Of a stretch of DNA of 64,000 nt, positions 37,610 to 47,515 are shown one piece after another. Location: NCBI GenBank assembly GCA_039583695.1, contig JAVKSL010000008.1, positions 1,654 through 65,653 on the forward strand, read 5' to 3'. A program made the position numbers and the translations under genes. This DNA is from Acidimicrobiales bacterium (GTDB lineage: Bacteria; Actinomycetota; Acidimicrobiia; Acidimicrobiales; JAJPHD01). Under the pieces are notes generated by a model. The model saw nothing but the letters and a program-made list of their open reading frames with translations, ran no database searches and was not told the origin of the DNA. Positions within the stretch are counted from its first letter, which is position 1. Each line of letters begins with the position of its first letter.

Positions 37610-38245
37610 ATGAGCTCGACCATCGCCTGGCTGCGCGGACATCGCGCAGCCAGGCTCGGTCTTTCTGGGCTTTCGGGTGCCCTGCTGTTGGTAGCCATCG
37701 GCCTCATTGCCTTTCCCCTGATAACCAACGTTGCCGCAGGCACCAACGAGGGAAAGCTGACCAAGGAGCTGGCGAGCACAAAGATCCGCAACGAGTACCT
37801 CAATGGGGACGTCGGGATAGGCCAGAGCCTCACCAGGATAGAGATCCCAGCCATCCATGTGAACGTGGTGGTGGTCCAGGGGACCTCCGACACCGCGCTC
37901 CGAGCAGGCGCGGGGCACTACACCAGCACCCCGCTGCCGTGCACGGTTGGGAACGTGGCGATCGCCGGTCACCGGACCACCTACGGCAAGCCGTTCGCCT
38001 ACCTAAACAGGCTGGTCCCGGGTGACAAGATCATCTTGGACACGCCAATCGGGTCCTGCACCTACTCGGTCTCGGCAGTGCCGATCAGTGTCCTTCCGAC
38101 CGATACCGCGGTGGTGGCCAACACGCCAGGCCGATACACCCTCACCCTGACCACCTGTAACCCGAGGTACTTTGCCACCCACCGACTCGTGGTCCATGCC
38201 ACGATGGTCTCGAACGCCAAGAGCGCTGGGAGCACGGCGGCCTGA
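37610..38245 (+). CDS. sortase (class E/F-type, membrane-anchored)
   Basis: The 211-aa ORF has an N-terminal TM segment. It reads IEIPAIHV, NVAIAGHRTTYG and the catalytic YTLTLTTCNP. The conserved Arg is in THRLVVHA. Confidence 0.85.
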   Translation: MSSTIAWLRGHRAARLGLSGLSGALLLVAIGLIAFPLITNVAAGTNEGKLTKELASTKIRNEYLNGDVGIGQSLTRIEIPAIHVNVVVVQGTSDTALRAGAGHYTSTPLPCTVGNVAIAGHRTTYGKPFAYLNRLVPGDKIILDTPIGSCTYSVSAVPISVLPTDTAVVANTPGRYTLTLTTCNPRYFATHRLVVHATMVSNAKSAGSTAA

Positions 38246-39588
38246 TGGGCTCGCCGCGGCGGGGGCTTGGGCCTGGGCCTCCACGGGCGCACGGACGGCG
38301 CAGAGCTAATGCCTGCCGGGAGCTTGTCCCGGCAGCACTGGTCCCTGTGGTGCTGGGGACGATGGTGGCCTTGGTGAGTGGTGCGGTGCAGCTGGTGGGC
38401 GCAACACCAGCGTCGGCCGCCGCGCTCGGCCTCCTGGGTGGGACCCCCAAGCCAACCGTCACCCTGTCGTCCCCCTCGAGCGGGGGAATGGAGGCGTTCA
38501 AGACCACGAGCCCGGTGGTGACCGGCACCGCGGTCCCGGGTGACCAGGCCGGCAACGGCGTCATCAGCGCCGTGAAGGTCGTGATCAGCTCCTCGGCTGG
38601 GCACCCGGGGACGACCTTCGACCTTGCGCCGCAGGCTCCGACCAGCGGCTCGACGTGGACCTTCTCCGGTAGCCCCTTGATACCCATCGCCTATAACGGC
38701 CAGTATTCGGTGACGGTGACGGTCACCGAGACCGATACCCCGCTGCTGGGATCGGTCAGGACAGGTACGGCCAGCACCAGCGTCGGGTTGGCCGAGGACG
38801 TGCCGCCTGTGGCGCCAACCGGTGTCACCGCCGACGTCACCGGGGCTCGCAAGGTGACTGTCTCGTGGTCCCCCAATCCCGAGCCGGACACCTTGGGTTA
38901 TGTGGTGCTGCGCTCGACGGGCACGGGCGCCTCGAGCGAGCTGGGGAGCACGGCGACTACCAGCTATGTGGACAACACCCCCCAGGTCGGGGTGCGCTAC
39001 ACCTACTCGGTGGTGGCACTGCGTGCGGGGGATGCGCCGGGCTCGAGCCTGTATTCCCCACCCTCGAGTGGGGTGAGCACCGAGGTCTCAGGGACGGCTC
39101 CTTCCAGCTCGGGCACCACCAAGTCGGGCACCACCAAGTCGGGCACCACCAAGTCGGGTTCCACCAAGTCGGGTTCCACTGGGTCCGTTTCTGGTCAGAG
39201 CGGGACCGCCACCACCCCGTCGGCGCCCCTCCTCACTCAGTCGGCCCTCACGGCGCAGTACCAGGCCGATATCGCCGCGGCGGGCAATGCCGGGGCACCC
39301 TCACCGGCCAGCTCTGCACCTGCCTCCTCCGCCAGCAGTGGCGGCACCACCTCGGGGTCGTCGGTGACCGGAGCACCCAAGGCGGGTGGCTTCTCGGAGG
39401 TCCTGCCCTATCCCAAGGGACAGAGCCCCAGCGGCGCCCAGACGGCAGCGGACCCGGCGGCCACGCCCGGACCGTCCGGCGCGTCCGGGTCTCGGGTCCG
39501 GACGCTGGCGACAGTAGCCCTGGGCATGATCTTCCTGGTAGTGGCCGCCCTGGCGATAAGGCTTGTCCTAAGGGTCCGCCGGGGCTAG
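38245..39588 (+). CDS. membrane-anchored surface protein with an Ig-like region, one FN3-like domain and a low-complexity stalk
   Basis: The 447-aa ORF has its ATG overlapping the sortase stop (TGATG). It has an N-terminal signal/TM segment. The FN3-like signature is VTVSWSPNPEPDTLGYVVLRS...YTYSVVALR. It has a C-terminal TM segment plus RVRRG. A YPK motif lies at 39403-39420. Confidence 0.65.
   Translation: MGSPRRGLGPGPPRAHGRRRANACRELVPAALVPVVLGTMVALVSGAVQLVGATPASAAALGLLGGTPKPTVTLSSPSSGGMEAFKTTSPVVTGTAVPGDQAGNGVISAVKVVISSSAGHPGTTFDLAPQAPTSGSTWTFSGSPLIPIAYNGQYSVTVTVTETDTPLLGSVRTGTASTSVGLAEDVPPVAPTGVTADVTGARKVTVSWSPNPEPDTLGYVVLRSTGTGASSELGSTATTSYVDNTPQVGVRYTYSVVALRAGDAPGSSLYSPPSSGVSTEVSGTAPSSSGTTKSGTTKSGTTKSGSTKSGSTGSVSGQSGTATTPSAPLLTQSALTAQYQADIAAAGNAGAPSPASSAPASSASSGGTTSGSSVTGAPKAGGFSEVLPYPKGQSPSGAQTAADPAATPGPSGASGSRVRTLATVALGMIFLVVAALAIRLVLRVRRG
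39112..39186. repeat. 15-bp tandem array, 5 copies (GGCACCACCAAGTCG; encodes GTTKS x3, GSTKS, GSTGS)
   Basis: Read directly. Confidence 0.9.
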
Positions 39589-39632
39589 GCCCGTCGCGCC
39601 GGGCCGGCCGCGCTAGGATCATCGAGGTGGAC

Positions 39633-39977
39633 ATGAGCGTCGACGTCGTTCGGGCCGGCGGGTCTTGCGCGGTCCTCGTCGTGAGCGGGGAGCTGGACGT
39701 CTACACTGCCCCGCGCCTCAGAGAGTGCCTGGTTGAGCTGGTGAGCGAGGGGACTCTGCGGATTGTGGTGGACCTCAACGGGGTCGAGCTCCTCGACTCG
39801 ACAGGGATCGGAGTCCTGGTGGGCGGCCTCAAGCGGATCCGCACGCATGAGGGGGAGCTGGCTTTGGTGTGCGCGCAGCAGCAGCTCTTGAAGCTATTCG
39901 AGATCACCAGGGTCAATACGATCTTTTCCGTCTTCCATACCGTGGAGGCGGCAACCGCTGCGATGGCGCAGACGTGA
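39633..39977 (+). CDS. STAS-domain anti-sigma-factor antagonist
   Basis: These are the last 114 aa of ORF 38865..39977, starting at the ATG at 39633. The sequence reads VLVVSGELDVYTAPRLRE...VVDLNGVELLDSTGIGVLVGGLKR, which includes a phosphorylatable Ser in DSTG. Confidence 0.85.
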   Translation: MSVDVVRAGGSCAVLVVSGELDVYTAPRLRECLVELVSEGTLRIVVDLNGVELLDSTGIGVLVGGLKRIRTHEGELALVCAQQQLLKLFEITRVNTIFSVFHTVEAATAAMAQT

Positions 39978-40402
39978 GGGACTCACTCCCGGCGGACGCG
40001 GTGGTCTTGGACATCGTGGCCGACCCCTCGCTGGTGAGCACGGCCCGGGTTATGGTGTCCTGCTTGGCCTCGACGAGACGTGAGCTTTCGGCGGAGAGGC
40101 TTGACGACCTCGAGCTGGCAGTATCCGAGGCCTGTACCAACGCTATCAACTCCTATGGGCCCGATGTCGATGCTCCGAGGGTCCTGGTTTCTTGGAAAGA
40201 GGACGATGATCGTGTGGAGGTGAGGGTGACCGACCGCGGTCGGGGCTACGACCCCGCACAGGCTATCCCGAGCAATTCCGGGGGCTTGGGGGTCAAGCTG
40301 ATCCAAATCCTGGTGGACGAAGCCTGCTGGGAGCCCGGAAACCCAGGCACGACGGTGCGAATGTCCCTCAAATGTCCGAGGTGCAGGGTCGAGCAGGACT
40401 AG
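39974..40402 (+). CDS. anti-sigma regulatory factor (RsbW/SpoIIAB-like Ser kinase, HATPase_c)
   Basis: The GTG at 39974 overlaps the STAS gene stop. It has an N-box (SEACTNAI), a G1 box (DRGRGYDP) and a G2 box (GGLGVKLI). Confidence 0.75.
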   Translation: MRDSLPADAVVLDIVADPSLVSTARVMVSCLASTRRELSAERLDDLELAVSEACTNAINSYGPDVDAPRVLVSWKEDDDRVEVRVTDRGRGYDPAQAIPSNSGGLGVKLIQILVDEACWEPGNPGTTVRMSLKCPRCRVEQD

Positions 40403-41133
40403 TCCACATCTGGTTCCTGCCCCAACGTAGGCGGCCCCGCACCAAGGAGCACCGCGCGGACCGTGTCCTCGGAGTCCCGGGTGACCAAGGCCACCACCTC
40501 GTCCCCGGCTACCAGCGGCGTGTCGCCCCGGGGGACCACGACGTGGTTCGCGCGCACCACCGCCACGATGCTGGCGTCTCGGGGCAAGCCCAGCCCCCGG
40601 ATGGTGAGCCCCGCCGCTGGGGAGCTATCCGCCAGCGTCACCCCAACCAGCCGGGCACCACCGCCTTCCAAGGTGAGCAGGCGCACCAGCGAGCCCACAG
40701 AGACCGCCTCCTGCACCAGGGCAGACAGGAGGTGCGGCGTCGAGACCGAGAGGTCCACCCCCCAGGTCGGCTTGAACAACCAGTGGTTCTTGGGGTGGTT
40801 GACCCTGCCCACCACCCTCGGGACGGCGAACTCCTGCTTGGCCAGCAGCGATACCACCAGGTTGTCCTCGTCGTCCCCCGTGGCGGCCACCATGACGTCA
40901 GCGGTCTCCAGCCTGGCAGCTTGCAGGGTCCTCATGTCGCAGGCGTCGCCTACCAGCCACTGTACCTGCCTTGTGTCGGCAGCCTTTGCCCCCGAGCCCC
41001 CTGCCTGGCCCTCGCCGAGCCGAGCCGCCACCTCCGGGTCCTTCTCCAGCACCAGGACCTCGTGACCGGCTTCGAGAAGGTCCTGGGCCAAGAAGATTCC
41101 CACGTTGCCTGCGCCGGCGATCACCACCCTCAC
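40399..41133 (-). CDS. trkA: TrkA-family K+ uptake protein (RCK: NAD-binding plus TrkA_C)
   Basis: I trimmed ORF 40399..41859 to the GTG at 41131-41133, which forms a GTGA overlap with the upstream trkA stop. It reads VRVVIAGAGNVGIFLAQDL... Confidence 0.8.
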   Translation of the reverse strand: MRVVIAGAGNVGIFLAQDLLEAGHEVLVLEKDPEVAARLGEGQAGGSGAKAADTRQVQWLVGDACDMRTLQAARLETADVMVAATGDDEDNLVVSLLAKQEFAVPRVVGRVNHPKNHWLFKPTWGVDLSVSTPHLLSALVQEAVSVGSLVRLLTLEGGGARLVGVTLADSSPAAGLTIRGLGLPRDASIVAVVRANHVVVPRGDTPLVAGDEVVALVTRDSEDTVRAVLLGAGPPTLGQEPDVD

Positions 41134-41798
41134 CTGGCGGGTCCCTCGACCAGAAGGCGGTCGAGCTCCGCCAGGGACTCTCGCATGACCGCAACGTGGA
41201 GGTGGTCGCCCTCTTGGCCCAGCAGATCCGGGCTGGCCAGGATCGGCTCGCCGTCGCGCTCCAGCGCCACCAGGCGGTGCTTGCCCCGGACAACCAGGCG
41301 ATCGAGGCGTTGGCCGGCCCAGGTCTCGGGCAGCCCACGCTCGACGAGCAACAGCCGCCCGGAGGCGTCGCTCCAGTCGTGCCAGGCAGTCTCGGGGAAA
41401 AGGTGGCGTATGGCCTGGTCGACGGTCCAGGTCACGCTGGCCACTGTCTCGATCCCGAGGCGGCGATAGATCTGCGCCCGGCGAGGGTCGTAGATGCGGG
41501 CCACCACATGGGGGATCTGGTAGCTTTCCTTGGCGATGCGGGCGGTGAGGATGTTGGAGTTGTCGCCGCTGGTGACCGCGGCCACGGCGCTGGCCTCGGC
41601 GATGCCGGCTTCTTGAAGGTGGTCCCGGTCGAACCCGAAGCCCACCACCGCCCGACCGTTCCAGCCTGGCGGCAAGCGACGGAAGGCTGCCGCCACCTTG
41701 TCCATGATAACTGTCTCGTATCCGGCCTTGGCCAGGCTGACGGCCAGCTCGGACCCTACGCGACCACAACCGACCACGATGACAAGCACGCCTACCAT
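41130..41798 (-). CDS. trkA: TrkA-family K+ uptake protein (second RCK subunit, CeoB/CeoC-like pair)
   Basis: I trimmed ORF 41130..41825 to the ATG at 41796-41798 (MVGVLVIVVGCGRVGSELA...). Confidence 0.8.
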   Translation of the reverse strand: MVGVLVIVVGCGRVGSELAVSLAKAGYETVIMDKVAAAFRRLPPGWNGRAVVGFGFDRDHLQEAGIAEASAVAAVTSGDNSNILTARIAKESYQIPHVVARIYDPRRAQIYRRLGIETVASVTWTVDQAIRHLFPETAWHDWSDASGRLLLVERGLPETWAGQRLDRLVVRGKHRLVALERDGEPILASPDLLGQEGDHLHVAVMRESLAELDRLLVEGPAR

Positions 41799-41839
41799 CG
41801 AACACGCATCGGCGGTTCGGCACAACTCGCGATTGGTGT

Positions 41840-44275
41840 TTGACTGTCCCAGTGAGCAATCAACCAGGTCCGCTGCCCACCCCGGACTCTCTCGACCTCC
41901 CCGAGACCCTCGGCTACCGGATCAAGAACAAGCTGCTGGGTTCTCCTCTCAACACCTCTGCGCTGCGCACCGAGCGCCTCTCGAAGCCTGCCGCTCTGGG
42001 CGTGCTGGCGCCGGACTGCATCTCGTCCTCGGCCTATGCGAGCGAGGAGATCCTCCGCATCCTGGTCCCGGTGGTGGGTGTGGCGGCCTTCAGCTTGCTG
42101 CTGCCGATCACCGCGGCCATCATCGGTGTCCTGATCCTGGTCACCCTCTCGTACCGGGAGGTGGTGCAGGTCTACACCAAGGCCGGCGGGTCCTACGTCG
42201 TGGCCCGGGAGAACTTCGGCCCCAACGTGGCCCAGGTCTCGGCGGTCGCGCTTCTGATCGACTACACGGTCACGGTGGCCGTCCAGACCGCCGCTGGCAC
42301 GGCGGCCCTGGTCTCGGTCTTTCCCAAGAGCCTCCTGCCGTACCAGACGTTCATCAGCGTGGCGGTGGTGGTGCTGCTTTGCTACGGCAACCTGCGGGGT
42401 CTCAAGGAGGCCAGCAGGGCCTTCGCCTTCCCGACCTACTTCTTCGTCACAGCCCTCGCCCTCGCCATCGTCATCGGCCTGGTCCGGGCCGCTCTGGGGG
42501 ACCTTCCGGTCCTGCCGATCCACGTGCATGGGGCCGTGGCGCTCCTGCCCGGGCACCACTCCGGGACGGGGATCTTCGAAGGGGCCGGCCTTTTCTACAT
42601 ACTTCAGGCCTACGCCAACGGGGGATCGGCTCTGACCGGCCTGGAGGCGATCTCGAACGGCGTGAGCGCCTTCCGCCCCCCCGAGGGCCTCAACGCCCGC
42701 AGGGTCCTGGTGGTCATGAGCTGCATCCTGGGGTCCCTAGTCGTGGGGGTGTCCATCCTGGCACATCTGACCCACGCCATCCCGTACGTGAGCGGCGCCC
42801 CCACAGTCATCTCCCAGGAGGCCAAGGAGGTCTTCGGCGGCGGGGCCGGGGTCGTGCCCTACTACCTGTTCCAGCTGGCCACCATCATGATCCTGTGGAC
42901 CGGGGCCAACACCAGCTTCAACGGCTTTCCCTTCCTGGCCAGCTTCGTGGCCAGCGACTCGTTCCTGCCGCGCCAGCTCACCAAGCGTGGGCACCGGTTG
43001 GTCTTCTCGAACGGGATCCTGGTGCTGGCCCTGGTCGGGATAGCCCTGCTCGTCGCCACCAACTCGAACGTCGATGCGCTGATCGCACTTTACGCGATCG
43101 GCGTGTTCACCGGCTTCACTATGGCCGGAGCAGGCATGGTGCGCTACCATCAACGCACCCGGGAGCTGCGCTGGCGCCTCAAGCTGGTGATCAACGGGTC
43201 AGCGGCGGTCGTGTCCGGCGCGGTGGTCCTGATCTTCGCGATCACCAAGTTCACCCAGGGCGCGTGGGTGGTGGTGGTGGCCTTCCCGATCCTGTTGTGG
43301 ATCCTGATCCGGCTCAACCGCCAGTACCGCCGTGAAGCCGAGCTGCTCGAGCGCGGTGCCGAGAGGGCAGCTGAGGCGCCAGCGCTGCGCAAGCTGGTCG
43401 TGTTCGTGTTCGTGGACCGCCTCGACATGGCAGTGGCCCGGGCCATCCAGTACGCCCGCGCGCTTCGCCCCGATGAGATTCGAGCGGTTCATTTCGTGCT
43501 CGACGACCTCGTGGCCAAAGAGCTGAAGGAAACCTGGGAGCACCTTGCGGTGCCAGAGGAGATCAGCCTCGACCTGCGCGACTGCCCGGATCGCCGCCTG
43601 ATGCGCGATGCCCTGGAGCTGGTGGCCGGGACGGTTGCAGAGGGTGGGACCGAGGTGAGTGTGCTGCTACCGCGGAGGGCCTATGCTCGTGCCTGGAGCC
43701 GGTTGCTCCACGACCACACGGCGGACCGTATAGCCGCCCAGATCAGCCGCCTTCCCCACGCGAACGCCACCATCGTGCCCTATCAGCTGGCGGCAGAGCC
43801 GTTGATGGCGCATCCGCCTCACAGCGAGCCCGGCCTGCCCACCACCGAGCCCGGCGTGCCCGGCGTGCCCACCACCGAGCCCGGCGTGCCCACCACCGAG
43901 CCCGGCGTGCCCACCACCGAGCCCGGCGTGCCCACCACCGAGCCCGGCGTGCCCACCACCGAGCCCGGCGTGCCCGGCGCGGTCCCGATCGCCGAGGTTC
44001 GCTGGCGCCAGCGGGCCAAGGTTGCCGGTCGAGTCAAGTCGATCCAGGTCCAGCCTTACGGCGACACCCCGCGTCTCGTCATCACCTTGGTGGACCCGAC
44101 CGGCGGCATCACCTTGGTCTTCGGTCGGCGACAGGTGGCCGGAGTCACCACCGGCGCGCGGCTGACCGCGGAGGGCATGGTCAGCCAGGTCGCTGGGCAC
44201 CTGGCCATCTTCAATCCTCAGGTGAACCTTCTCGGAGACGACGACGCACCCTCCGAGGAGGAGGAAGAGTCCTGA
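41840..44275 (+). CDS. APC-superfamily permease with a long cytoplasmic C-terminal extension ending in an OB-fold-like domain
   Basis: The 811-aa ORF reads ...YTKAGGSYVVARENFG... and has about 12 TM segments. It is divergent from the trkA pair, as in the mycobacterial Rv2690c/ceoBC arrangement (from memory). The C-terminus AKVAGRVKSIQVQPYGDTPRLVITLVDPTGGITLVFGRR is OB-like. Confidence 0.8.
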   Translation: MTVPVSNQPGPLPTPDSLDLPETLGYRIKNKLLGSPLNTSALRTERLSKPAALGVLAPDCISSSAYASEEILRILVPVVGVAAFSLLLPITAAIIGVLILVTLSYREVVQVYTKAGGSYVVARENFGPNVAQVSAVALLIDYTVTVAVQTAAGTAALVSVFPKSLLPYQTFISVAVVVLLCYGNLRGLKEASRAFAFPTYFFVTALALAIVIGLVRAALGDLPVLPIHVHGAVALLPGHHSGTGIFEGAGLFYILQAYANGGSALTGLEAISNGVSAFRPPEGLNARRVLVVMSCILGSLVVGVSILAHLTHAIPYVSGAPTVISQEAKEVFGGGAGVVPYYLFQLATIMILWTGANTSFNGFPFLASFVASDSFLPRQLTKRGHRLVFSNGILVLALVGIALLVATNSNVDALIALYAIGVFTGFTMAGAGMVRYHQRTRELRWRLKLVINGSAAVVSGAVVLIFAITKFTQGAWVVVVAFPILLWILIRLNRQYRREAELLERGAERAAEAPALRKLVVFVFVDRLDMAVARAIQYARALRPDEIRAVHFVLDDLVAKELKETWEHLAVPEEISLDLRDCPDRRLMRDALELVAGTVAEGGTEVSVLLPRRAYARAWSRLLHDHTADRIAAQISRLPHANATIVPYQLAAEPLMAHPPHSEPGLPTTEPGVPGVPTTEPGVPTTEPGVPTTEPGVPTTEPGVPTTEPGVPGAVPIAEVRWRQRAKVAGRVKSIQVQPYGDTPRLVITLVDPTGGITLVFGRRQVAGVTTGARLTAEGMVSQVAGHLAIFNPQVNLLGDDDAPSEEEEES
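43838..43972. repeat. 21-bp tandem array, about 6 copies (CCCACCACCGAGCCCGGCGTG; encodes PTTEPGV repeats)
   Basis: Read directly. The units are nearly perfect, with one 9-nt extra insert after unit 1. Confidence 0.95.
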
Positions 44276-44332
44276 CCCCCTGCCAACTTGCATTTTGGCT
44301 AGACAAAAACTAGCTTTCTCCGAGTTCAAGAC

Positions 44333-45003
44333 ATGACATCCAACACCGAACTCACCCGATCCGAGCGGGAGATGCTCAAGGCCATCTATCGGCTGGCCAA
44401 GGGCGGACCTGACAGCGGCGCCCACACCGGCGATCTGGCGAGCGCGCTCGGGGTCAGCCCGGGCACGGCCACGGCCTCGGTGAAGCGCCTGGCGGATCGC
44501 GGCCTCGCAGTTCACCGGCCCTACCACGGGGTGGAGCTCTCCGCCGACGGCCGCCGGGCCGCGGTCGGTGCCATCCGCCGGCACCGCATAGTCGAGCGGT
44601 TCTTGTCCGACATGCTCGGCTATCCGTGGAACGAGGCCGACCGCCTTGCGCCCAGCTTCGAGCACGACCTGCCGGACGAGGTCGAGGATCGCCTGTTCGT
44701 GGCGCTGGACCGCCCCGCCACCTGCCCGCACGGCTTTCCGATCCCTGAGCCAGAGGAGGCTTACATCACCGAGCTGCCCCCGCTGTACGCCCTGGAGCCC
44801 GGCGACGTCGCGGTGGTCGCCGTCCCCGGCTCCCTGGCCTGCGAGATCGTGGCCTTCCTCGACACCCTGGGCCTGCGCCCAGGCACCAAGGTCGAGGTGA
44901 TCGAGAAGCACCCCTTCGACGGCCCGCTGGTGCTGCGGGTCGAAGGCATCGACCGAGTCCTGGGCGAGCGGATCGCCCGCCAGATCTACGTAAAGAAGGA
45001 GCC

Positions 45004-45007
<4 letters not shown>
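44333..45007 (+). CDS. DtxR/MntR-family metal-dependent transcriptional regulator with a FeoA/SH3-like C-terminal domain
   Basis: The 224-aa ORF reads LSADGRRAAVGAIRRHRIVERFLSDMLGYPW...FEHDLPDEVEDRL...CPHGFPIP. Confidence 0.8.
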
Positions 45008-47424
<2,417 letters not shown>

Positions 47425-47515
47425 GAGCCCGGCGGGGGCTCATCCGGGGTTGGTGGGCACAGGTGCTATGACGGAGGGGCACAATTTCTAAGAAGGGCCC
47501 CAACGAAGGCGGTAT

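Noticed and set aside
39403-39420. LPYPKG in the FN3 protein as a second sortase sorting signal
   Set aside because: It lacks the Thr-Gly scissile pair and lies about 35 residues before the TM helix rather than directly adjacent. I kept it only as a speculative pilin-like Lys acceptor motif.
34466-40402. Genomic island integrated at selC
   Set aside because: I found no direct repeat of the tRNA 3' end downstream. I also found no integrase and no obvious compositional shift by eye. The idea is left untested rather than supported.
40399-41859. Single 486-aa ORF spanning both trkA genes
   Set aside because: Upstream of 41133 the frame runs out of phase over the other trkA gene and encodes Arg/Pro/Gly-rich sequence. 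The GxGxxG start (VRVVIAGAGNVG) and the GTGA overlap with the upstream stop support two genes.
47425-47441. Terminator hairpin after hppA (GAGCCC-ggcgg-GGGCTC)
   Set aside because: It has only a 6-bp stem and no U-tract. This is too weak to list as a feature.
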